Shown here: positions 13,644 through 24,900 of the stretch, piece by piece | Position numbering within the stretch: position 1 is the stretch's first letter | Layout: each line of letters begins with the position of its first letter | DNA from: Camelus dromedarius | Lineage: Eukaryota | Direction of reading: 5' to 3' | Length of the DNA: 64,000 nucleotides | NCBI RefSeq assembly: GCF_036321535.1 | Contig: NC_087436.1 | Location: 85,190,001-85,254,000, forward strand | The notes under the pieces: generated by a model | The model's input: only the letters and a program-made list of their open reading frames with translations | Told to the model about the DNA's origin: nothing | Databases searched by the model: none | Made by a program: the position numbers and the translations under genes

Positions 13644-13853
13644 ATGTTTTTACAACAATCAGCCCCTGGTTTGAATTTTGGTTCTGTTCAACTTTCTTCT
13701 GGAAATTCATCTAACATCCAGCAACTTGCACCTATAAATATGCAAGGTCAGGTGGTTCATACTAATCAGATTCAAAGTGGAATGAATACTGGACACATTG
13801 GCACAACTCAGCATCTGATACAGCAGCAGACTTTACAGAGTACATCAAGTCAG
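13644..13853 (+). CDS. CLOCK: CLOCK coding exon 20
   Basis: tttaaag| ... |gtaaca; 210 nt; [23 protein letters not shown]...[11 protein letters not shown]. Confidence 0.96.
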
Positions 13854-14572
13854 GTAACATGATCAAGTGCAGTGGGCTTTGGAGTGTTCGATGACTGAAA
13901 TGTATGGTGCTGCTTAAACAAAAATAAAGCTGTTATCTTGAACAATGCCATATTTAAAACTTTAATAGTAATCAGAGACTGTAGTAGTGAGAGTGCTTAT
14001 TAAAATATTTTGTGCAAAGTTGTTCTTAAATTGTTGAATGTTAAATGCTTTCAGTATTTCGACATTTAAAAATTTTTGCTGTTTGCTTAAAATGAACATA
14101 CAGACTACTTCTGTATGTTAAAAGAGTTTGACTTGCAAAACAGGCTAACCAGGAAATGTGTTACCATATGTGAAGAATATATTGTTAGGATATGATTTAA
14201 TTAACATTCCAGGAGATTTTAGTAATTGGTGTGCATCTGTGAGTATAAATCCAAAGACTTCAAATGAAAAATATAAAAATGTCTAATGTCAGTCACTCAC
14301 TTTGAAGAATTTTTGAAATTCTTCATGTATATTTTATATCATCCCTGTCAGGATCATGCTCCTTTTCTAAAGTCCTATCTTCCAGCAAGATATTGAAGAC
14401 TAATTTCATTCTCAGTCATTCCTTTGTAGTTAGCTTTCTCCCAGAGTAATGTGTCCTGCCATTTCTTTCTCTGTCATGTCAACTATTGACAGAATGTTGA
14501 ATAGTAGGAGCATACTTCTTGAATACATTTTTTCCAGGTAATCTGTCTGTGAAATCTTCTCTTTTCTAGCAG

Positions 14573-14775
14573 AGTCAACAGAATGTACTGAGTGGGCACA
14601 GTCAACAAACATCTCTTCCCAGTCAGACACAGAGCACTCTTACAGCCCCACTGTATAACACTATGGTGATTTCGCAGCCAGCAGCTGGAAGCGTGGTCCA
14701 GATTCCATCTAGTATGCCACAGAACAGTGCCCAGAGTGCTGCAGTAACTACATTCACTCAGGACAGACAGATAAG
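14573..14775 (+). CDS. CLOCK: CLOCK coding exon 21 (NAGNAG acceptor; alternative start 14570)
   Basis: tttctag cag| ... |gtagtt; [67 protein letters not shown](R). Confidence 0.95.
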
Positions 14776-17069
14776 GTAGTTGTCGTATTTCTTAGTCATT
14801 TCAAAGATATAAATAGATTGATTAAAAAACAGTACTTTGATTTTTTAAAACATGATTTTAATTTGTTGCCTACTCTTGAATCTGAAATAGAAATACAGAA
14901 TGTGTCCATTGTTTAAGGACTTTATAATGAAAAGAGTAACAAGAAATTTTATTTCCTGTCTAAAAATGTCCCAACAAATATTGTAGAATCCAAATTCGCA
15001 GCACACTGTTATACAAGTTTTACAGAAGGCTTTGTCTGAATCAGTAAAACTTGTTTCAGTACAGATGCTGATGAGTTTTCTGTGTCGTGACAATGGTCAG
15101 GGTGTATAACCACCATACTTGTTTTGAATTGGTTAAGACTGTACTAAGTGTTGAGAAAATATTATCTCATTTAATTCTTATTTAAAAAATGTATTAAGAT
15201 CTTTTATTTCTCAGATAAGAAAAAAGTGAGTTTTTAATAGTTTAGTCAAGGACCAATAGCTAGTTAAGAGGGTCAGGGAGGGAATCTGAATTCAAGGCTG
15301 GGTGTCTCATTTCAAAGCTCAAGTTCTTAGATATATACTACACTAAACTGTGGGCCATTCTTTTGAAAAACTGCCACCTATGGCTTATTTTAGTGGGAAA
15401 TCCAAATAGTGGACTTAGAAACAAATATTTTAAAGAAATGCCCTTTTCAAATATTAAAAAGGTATCTTTCAACAACTATAGGATTTTTATAGTCTTAAAA
15501 GTTCTATTTTTAAATACATTTTATTTTTTATGTTTTTTAGTACAATGTAAGTAGGCTGCTGCTATAATAAAATCTTGCTGTTGTATTAGACCATGTAATA
15601 GATTTTATTAAAATCCTATTAGTAATTTCCAGAGAGTAAGGAAGCTGCAGGATCACAGAAGGAATAAGAGCAGGGAGAAACTCACTGCTTCTCTTTGGAA
15701 CTCAGTTCCTTCAAGTTAAAAAGTCCAATTTTCAGCTCTTACTTCTAAAAGGAAGTATTATGAATGTGCTCCATAAAAACGTAGAGGGCTAGTTTTAAAG
15801 CCTGAGGAAAAAAATCCATTAATGTAGAATGTTGACATGCATTTTAGAGGACACAATTTAGCAATTATTTGTAGACATCTGTTTTTTCAGAGAGGGAAAA
15901 AACATATTTTAGCAAACCTCCCAGTGCCTACTTAGATGAGCATGGCACATTCCTTGTCCCAGGAGATAGATCAGACTAGTAAAAGCCAAAGAGAGGTAAA
16001 CAAATCAGTATTATTTGATGTGATAAATACTAAGTCTTTAGAAAGGAAGAAGTAAGCAGTTTTATGGGATGAGGCAAGCAGGTGAAGAGAGGAGTGTGGT
16101 CAGGGGAAGCTTCACGGAGGAAATACTGGCCTGAGTCTTTAAAGAGCTTGGCTTTGGATGTGCATGTGGCGGAGAGTCCAGGGAGGGTGTTCTAGGCAGA
16201 GGGAGCAGTATATTCAAAGCCATAGAAGTGAGAGTTAAGACAAAGTAGGTTGCAGAATGTCTTTTGGTGCCAGAAATGAATGAAGTACTCTCATTACAGT
16301 TTACCAGTGGGCAGTTGGGCAATTCAGACATTAATCTCTTTCCAGATTACAAAGAAATTAGTACTTAGCACTTCTGTGACTAAGCCATATTGTAAATGTT
16401 ACTTATTTCTTTGGGCTTTCTTTATATGCGCATTTTTTATTCTTTTATATAGATTTTTGCATTAAATAATACATTTGGCCCTGAAGTATATAAAAATACA
16501 GTATTTTATTTTCAAAATTTGGCATGGATTCAAAATAGATTTGTTTTGTGGAACATATAAATAATAAAGTATATGCCTGTGCTCAGTCTAATACAGTTAG
16601 GTACGTTTAAACAGTTTGTGATTGTTGTTGTGTCATGCTAAGTCTACAGTAATGTCATATCTCAATTTTCTCACTGTAATGGCCAATGTTAGAAACTAAC
16701 TTTGTCTCACAGAAATGGCAGATAGAATTAATATTATTCCCTGAAGAGGCATCATTTTTTTGTTGTTGTTCTTTTATTAAAGAATATGGAAGAAGAAAGG
16801 TGGGTGAGAGGCAGTATTAGTGAATTCTAACACAATGTGTACTATGTTGTTAATAAATTTGTAAATTGAGAGTAGTTTTATGTACTGTTAGAATGTCATT
16901 TTGTTTTGAATTATAAGATACAACTTGCATTGTAAATATCTTCTATAAACCTAGAGTTTTTTTAATTCTGTGACAGCTTTAAGTTTATTTTAATTAGCAA
17001 TATATCTGACTCCCAAGTATCTAGAAATTTTATAAAAAGAAAAAAGTTGGTATTTTTAACAGGTTTAAA

Positions 17070-18290
17070 AATTGTTTTATTGTGATGAAGTATACATATT
17101 TACAGTGTTAACCATTTTCACATGGCTATTCATTGGCATAAGTACATTCACACCGTTGTGATGATCACTGCTGTCAATCTCCAGAACTTTTTTCTTCTTC
17201 CCAAACTGAAAATCTTTACCCATCAAACAATAACTCCCCCATTTCTCCTCCCCTTAGCTCCTGTAAACCACCATTCTGCTTTCTAAGCACATAAGTCCAT
17301 GAATTTGACTACTCTGGATACCTCATATAAATGGACTCATACAATGTATGCCTTTTCTGACTGGCTTATTTCACTTGTAATGTCCACAGGGTTCATCCCT
17401 GTTGTAATGTGTGTCAGAATTTCATTCATTTTTAAGGCTATGTAATACTCCATTGTGTGTATATACCACATTTTATCGACCCATTCATCTTTTGATGGAT
17501 ACCTGCGTTGCATCCATCTTTTGGCTATTGTGAATGAACATGGGTATACAAATATCTATTTGAGTCCCTGCTTTCAGTTCTTTTGAGTACATACCCAGAA
17601 GTGGAATTGCTGGATCATATGGTAGTGTATTTTTAATTCTTTTGAGAAACCACCATTACTGTTTTCCATAGTGGGTGAACTACTTTACATTCCCACCAGC
17701 AGTGCATAAAGATTCTGATTTCTCCACATCCTTGTCAACAGGGCTACTTTCTATTTGTTTGATAATAGCCATCCTAATGGGTGTAAAGTGGCATAACATA
17801 GTGTTTTTAATTTGCATTTCCCTAATGGTTAGTGATGTTGAGCATCTTTTCATGTGCTTATTGACCATTTGTATATTTTCCTTGAAGAAATGGCGTTCAA
17901 GACCTGTGGCTGTTTTTAAAATCAGATTATTTGTTTGTTGCTGAGTTGTAAGATTGCTTTATATTTTCTGGTTATTAACCTCTTATCAGATATGATTTGC
18001 AAATGTTTTCTTCCGTGGGTTGCCCTTCCACTGTGTTGATATTGTCCTTTGATACACAAAATTTTTAATTTTGATGTCTAATTTATCAACTTTTTCTTTT
18101 ATTGCCTGTGCTTTTAGTGTCATATCTAAGAAATCATTGCCCAGTCCATTGTCATGAAACTTTTTCTTTATGTTTTCTTCTAAGAGTTTCATCATTTTAA
18201 CGTTTATGTTCAAGTCTTTAGTCCATTTTGAGTTAATTTTTGTATATGGTGTAAAGGTCAAATCTCATTCTTTTGCATGTGAATATCTAA
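17070..18290 (-). mobile_element. L1 (L1MB-like) 3' fragment
   Basis: Track ORFs 17680-17868 and 17986-18261 translate as L1 ORF2 C-terminus ([14 protein letters not shown]). Confidence 0.9.
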
Positions 18291-18552
18291 AAAAGTGTTT
18301 ATATTTTTGTTTGTGATTGTTTCATTTTGCTATATACATTTTTGTTTTACTGGTATCCCAAAGGGGATCTTTAAAAACATTGGGATCTTGAAAAACATTA
18401 AGGGGATCTTAAGAAAACTGGAACTTACAGCTTTTAAAAAACTAAATTGACGGTATCATGGGGATCACCTAAGAGAATATTCAGCCCACTTCCTTTTATA
18501 ACGTATACCTTCTGTACTCCTGACTCCCCTTCTCTCTCTTTCCTCTTGACAG

Positions 18553-18708
18553 ATTTTCTCAAGGTCAGCAGCTTGTGACCAAATTAGTAACTGCTCCTGT
18601 TGCTTGTGGGGCGGTCATGGTACCCAGTGCTATGCTCATGGGTCAGGTGGTGACTGCCTACCCTACGTTTGCTGCACAGCAGCAGCAGTCACAGAGCTTG
18701 TCAGTCAC

Positions 18709-18773
<65 letters not shown>

Positions 18774-18853
18774 GCTCCCAGGAGCAGCAGCTCCCTCCCG
18801 TCCAGCAACCATCTCAGGCTCAGCTGACTCAACCACCGCAGCAGTTTTTACAG
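18553..18853 (+). CDS. CLOCK: CLOCK coding exon 22 (polyglutamine exon)
   Basis: ttgacag| ... |gtaatt; [52 protein letters not shown](Q)21[27 protein letters not shown]. Confidence 0.97.
18710..18772 (+). repeat. Perfect (CAG)21 coding trinucleotide repeat
   Basis: 63 nt of uninterrupted CAG, counted directly. Confidence 0.97.
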
Positions 18854-21224
18854 GTAATTCTCCCCGGGGGGATGCTGTCCCAGGCCCGTTTACTTTTACA
18901 AAATGAAATTAGGGATTAAATGAACAGCTGTGTAAATGATCTGAAAAATCCATAAAAGCTTATTGTACAAGTTAAATTTCTATAAAGACAGAAAGCTTGT
19001 GCCATTTGGCTGTTTTTTCTTCCCTTGTTCTGTCTTTGGAAGACTTTTAACCCTGCCATGGACGTACTCAGTTATCTGAACTACTGGATGAAAAAAGTGG
19101 CTGCTTCCTGCCCACATCAAGGCAGGTTATGTAGAGCTCTCTCTGGCTAGAGTTTCTGGAATTCACCTTTCTTCTCTTCCTTTCTCTAGCAGCTCAGCAG
19201 GCTGTGCTCTCTACAGGGCAGAGGTATCAAAAGGGATTTTAAAAACAATTAGTATAGATTTCTTGAATATGTGTAAGCACATTTGACTGTCCTTTATGAT
19301 TGGATTACTGCATTCTGTTGATTCTTATTTTGTGGTTGGCTTTATTCCTTTGATAACTATGTAAGTTTAAAAAGCTAAAGCTCTAATCTTGTTTTTAGAA
19401 ACAATGCTCAGTACACATATGTAAACTAAAAAAAAGTGTAGTATATTATATATATATTTACATGCAATATAATGTGTATGTGCAAACTGTAATAATTCTA
19501 CCCAATAAAACTGAAAAGGGGGAAAAATAATTAGTATAGATATTATCATAAGTTATTTTGTTGGATTAAATTTTATAATAACTTTTCAATTGTAAATTAA
19601 TATCAGAGGAGAAATACTGTGGAGGCACATGTCGTAGTTAAGAACTTGGACTCAAAAGTCAGTCTGCTCTGAAATTGAGTCACTGCTGCATCCATACTGT
19701 GTGACCTTTGGCAGTTTCCTTAATTTGCTGAAATTTAGTTCCCTCATCTACCATATGGTGATGCTAATAATTAATATCTCATGGGTAAAGGGTGCATGTG
19801 AATCAGTGAGCATAATATAAGGCACATAACTAGCTGTCATTTATGACCACTGTCTTGCTCAGTGTAATAGACACTCAGATTAACCCAAATGTAAACACAG
19901 ATCTCATGTAGGTATACCAGACAGGATCTACTTACCTAAAGGATACAGAAGAAAGTCACCTAGATTGGGATTGTCAGCAAGGAAGTGAGCAGGACAGATT
20001 TCCAGACCTCACTACCCTCATTGGGGGTACATAGGAGCAGATTATGACATCTGGAAATCTGTTTTTTTTTCCCTACTGGTCTAAAACCAGTAGTCTTGAA
20101 TGTAGGCTAAGCCTTGACTTGTGCTGGATACCATTCCATGTGTGCCAGGTACATTATCAGTTTAAAGTTATACAACACATGGTTTGATTAGAAGATTTAG
20201 TATTGTACTGTATACCCAGCATAAATACAGTATTACTTTATCACCATTGGTGTTGGTGCAAACATAATTCTTAACTTGGTGATGTGGGAAACTAAAACAG
20301 GCTAGTTGCCTAAATATCTCTGAGAGTCATACAGTCCTTTAGACCTTAGGCCTATAGTGCAGCCATTAATGACTAGGTTTGTTATTGTTATAAAGGAATT
20401 AATGATAAGAATTTATAACAAGTTATAAACTATTATCTAGGGGAAATATATTCAATGAGAACTAAGCAAAAGCTTCAGAAGGGAGAAGGCTTGCCTTAAG
20501 ATTTCAGTTTTCTGAGTCTCTCAGGGAATGAAAGCCCTTAAAGGAAATGAGCATTCTCTTCTACTTCTTAAAAAACATTCCAAAGACCTGGGACCCTGAA
20601 AGAAATAAGGTAGACAATGCCCTTTAGAAATACACTCATAGATAGAAATACATAATTTGGCTTTTCTGGTTATAAAACTCCTGGTTCCAAAACAAAACTC
20701 TGTTTTAATCCTGTAAGGCTCCTGAGTATCTTGTGGTCTTCATCTTACAACAGTTTTTCCTAGTAACAAAGAGAAAAAGAAAATTTCTCTAGGTCCTTAG
20801 CAAAGGTAAGTTTCAAGGATCTGTCCTTTTGTGTATTTGTGCAGGCATCCTTTATAGACGTTTGCAAAAATCACCCATCACAGTTTGATTTTAAAACTAG
20901 GAATCCTGTCTGAAGTTACATTTGTCAGTAAATGAGGAGACTGTCATTTACAAAATCCACCTTCTTTTGACTAGTTTCCTTTGTGTTTCTAGCAGGAGAA
21001 ATCAGGTGAAAGAGACGGAGGCTCAGAGCTGACGCTTGCCTGAGGTCACACCGCTAGTCAGTGGCAGAGCAGAACTCAAATCCAGGGCTTCTGACTTCAG
21101 ATCCTGTTTCTGATCTTGTTTTGTTTTTGTTACACCACACTGCTACGTATGGGACATAAGTTTCTAACTTTGCTCTTTTATGGTACTTTTAAATAATAAT
21201 ATTGATATTTAACTTTCATAAAAA

Positions 21225-21390
21225 CCTCATGTGGGAGGTACTGTGATTATCCTTATTTTGTAAATGAAGAAACTGAGACCCAGGGAAGTAAATAGCTTGA
21301 CCAAGTCACAATCTGGTAAACAGAGCAGCCAGAGTTTGAAACCCAGGCAGTGTATCTCAGGACCCATTCTCTTGGCCACTGAACTGCTGC
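21225..21390 (-). mobile_element. MIR SINE
   Basis: ccttattttgtaaatgaagaaactgagacccagggaagtaaatagcttgaccaagtcaca core; similar MIRs near 190-310, 19620-19830, 21000-21100, 30400-30560, 50300-50420 and 53960-54170. Confidence 0.7.
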
Positions 21391-21786
21391 TCTAACCAAC
21401 CACAAAGCTTTGCATTGTCTGCTTGACCCCAGAATGTTCATGTTTCTGTGCTCTTAGCTATGCTTAAATTGTGTCATCTGTTTAGGTTTAGAATTGTCAT
21501 CTTTAGGACATATAAAGTAAAAGAATATTTGTGGTTTTTCTCAAGACATAGATTGCTTTCTGTACCATAAAATCACTACCTCAGATTTCTTTAAAAAATG
21601 AAATTCCCTCTTTCAAAAAGAGGGAAAGCCTCATAAGCATTTTCCAAAATACTATTTTTAAATAAGAAAGCAAAACATTTGTACAGATTTTTGTCCCTCT
21701 GGAGAGTGGAGAACTTGAGTAAATCTTAATGTAGAAAGTGTAATGGGGGGTAAAGTGGTGTTGTGTGATCCTTTTTTTTTTTTTAG

Positions 21787-21966
21787 ACTTCTCGGCTGCT
21801 TCATGGGAATCCTTCAGCTCAGCTCATCCTCTCTGCTGCATTTCCACTGCAGCAGAGCGCGCTCCCTCAGCCGCATCACCAGCAGCACCAGTCTCAGCAG
21901 CAGCAGCAGCGGAGTCGGCACAGGACTGACAGTGTGACGGATCCGTCCAAGGGTCAGCCGCAGTAG
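21787..21966 (+). CDS. CLOCK: CLOCK terminal coding exon with stop codon
   Basis: T-run ag|; [62 protein letters not shown] at 21964-21966. Confidence 0.97.
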   Translation, partial: TSRLLHGNPSAQLILSAAFPLQQSALPQPHHQQHQSQQQQQRSRHRTDSVTDPSKGQPQ

Positions 21967-24900
21967 CGCGCGTGCTTCCTCTGTCCTCGAGGGAGGAAAG
22001 GGGTGGCCCGCGAAGAGCTGTTCAGATGAGCTGAGGATGGGATGGGAAGTTCCAGTGGTTTCATGAGATGCAGTGTTGAGTGTTCTAGTTCCTGGAATTA
22101 GTTAGCAGGGAAAATGCTGCCTAGGACTGCAGATAACACATTCAATACCAGCGAGCAAGAGACGGTCATAGGGCCATAGCCAATTCTGACAGTGTTTTTA
22201 CTTGTCCAGATATTTTTTGGTGGAAAAAAGAGTATATTGCCAAATGTTAAGAAGCTCAGCTATGAAATATGACCTCCAGTGAATCAGAAAGGCACTTACA
22301 ACGTTGATAACTTTTAGTGGTTCTATGCCTGTTTTCAAGTGTTACAGAGGACACACCACTGCCACGTCAGGGGTTTGCTTACAATGATGCCATGAAGACA
22401 GTCCAGTAGAATCAGTAGGCCCCCTTCCCCATCCCCTCTCCCTTTTCAGGTAATGATGGAATAGTAATTAATTTTAGAATGTTGTGTGAGTTCAAATTCT
22501 CTATGTACAGATGCTGTAAAAAGAATTTTATGTATATGTCTGGATAAAAGGAGAGAAAGCAAAACATTTTGTATGCTGCATGAAAGCATTATCTCCTATT
22601 TAGGTATGAGTACATTTCCTTAGATTCTGATGCCATGTGCAAACTAATACATCCTCTGTTTCCTTTTGTTTACAGTATGATAGTGTTCTGTTCACTCTTC
22701 CGGGGCACAAGTCTTTTTTTGTTCATACTTTGGCTGTGATGTCACAGTTTGTTCAGTGAGGTATGATGTGCTGCTGGGAATGGATTTTTTTTTTCAGGTT
22801 AAATTATTTGAAACAGGATGTTCAAGTTACTCAGAAATATCCCTCATTTCATTATTTTTCAATTATGTTTGAAAATAGGATTTGCACTGCTTTATTTTAG
22901 ATGGTTAGGAGTTTTGATCACATATTTTGATCTAGTTCATAGTTGGAAATAGTTGTATGAACGGTTTTCAACAAGCCTGAAAGTAATTTCAAGAATGTTT
23001 CAGTTATAGGAGTAAAATTTGCACACAAAATATTTTAGGCACTTTTTAACATTCTCACTGGTGGGAATTTTAACTTTTAGGATTTGTTGGAATCTTTATA
23101 TTATGCTTCACAGTTTCAATGCTTCTTTTAGTCAGAAATGATTCAGGGTTATTTGAGGGGAAAAAACCCATAGTGCCTTGATTTTGATTCAGGTGATAAC
23201 TCACCATCTTGAACTCATTGTCTGGTTTCAGTAGCAGTTTTGAAACCTTAGTACATTTTTAATAGCATGTGGCTGTCAGTGCCATTATTATGCTCCTAAA
23301 TTCCTAAGACGACTGCTTTGAGTCTCTCAGATTAGAGTTACAAATAATTTTTAAATAAAAGTTGACATCCAAATGACATTCAAAATTATTAATATGCTTA
23401 CAAAATTATTTTCCTAAATCAGCATTTTCCTTAAAGTTACGTAGTCATTTAAGAATTACCAGTAAATATTTGCTCAGTATGATCTTAAAATCCTACAAAG
23501 GAAAAAGAAGGGGTCAGAATTGGCTTTGCCTTCACTGCAGCTCTAGAATATTGTGACTCACATGCTCTATAAACATGAACTAAGATTTCATTGGCAATAT
23601 CATGGTCTAAAGTTAGTTCAGTTCCAACCAAAATTGCATACATAAAGCATTTTATAGATTTTTATGGTACTAATAATTAAATTTATAACTATAGAACAAA
23701 GGAAAATAATGAGAAAATACCTTATTAGAATATCAAAAATTACCACTGAGGAAAGGGAAAACAGCAAGCTGTAATAAATCAAAACTGACCTTAATGGAAA
23801 ATGTATGACAGAAATGAGGTTGTTAAGCAGAAGAGGTTTGGAACAATGAAAATAACCTAATAGAAGTTGCTAGATAAATTTTGCAGGGGAACTCTCATTC
23901 AGTTCTTCAGACTCTTCTGTCCTTAGCCTTGCTGTCATCCTTAAGGGATATACTTCGTCTTTCTGTGGAAAACCATACCTGGCCACACTTAAATTAGAAA
24001 ATTAATGTTGAAACAGATAACAACCAAAGAAAGTTGGTACCTACCCTTCTACAAAAGAAGTGTCAATAGATGCCAATCAGTAATTAACATATCAAGGAGC
24101 TCCTCTTCTAGCTAAATGATCTTCCAGAAGAGATTTCTTTCTCATGAATGTCAAGAATGGTCGTCAGAGTACGAGTGGACTTGAGCACACATGCGCACAG
24201 ACAGCGTCAAAGTTGTAGAGAATGGCAACGGTACTTCCTCCCCTTTCAGATTGCCTTTCTTAACCTGACCATGCCACTCTGTATGTATCTGAGTTGTGCC
24301 TCATTTGTTTATTGGCAATATGTAGTGCTACAGATTTAGCAAACAAAAGATTATGTTAAGGTTTATCCTCTAAGTCCCATACTTTAAAAGAGAGATGGTG
24401 AACCCTGAGTACTGGGTACTCAGGTTAACAAGAGCAAAGCATAAGACAAGCCACAAAGTGAATCTAGACTGTTTATTCACATTCTCTTCCACCAGTCCCT
24501 TCAAGCGTTTCCCATCCTCACAAATATTTGGGGAAGAAAATTAGACAAGATTATGCTTTATGATTCCTGTTGTTCTTCACAGCTCATTTTTTTTCCTGCC
24601 TAGGAAAATTGATTGCTAAATTTAAAGAAGCAGCTGGCTGCTTTTCTTTTGCTGTCAGAATGAAGTGTGTCAAAAGAGCTAGTAACTGCCTCTCAGCTCC
24701 TTTAACTTTGTTTTCCTCCTGCTTTCCTTGAACTTGGATTGCAGCGCTGTCCCTGCTCCCTCCCCCATGAATGGAGACTGGAGCATTCTGACTAAGATGC
24801 AGTAGTTGCCTGTTCTTCATTCATTTCCGTAGCCAAAGTTGTTCATTAACATCCCAAATCTAAGTCATGGAAAAATACCAAATAGGAACACCTTTCAGCT

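Noticed and set aside
18604..18906. 100-aa ORF with polyalanine
   Set aside because: Alternative frame of the CAG repeat inside CLOCK exon 22; no independent start or splice support
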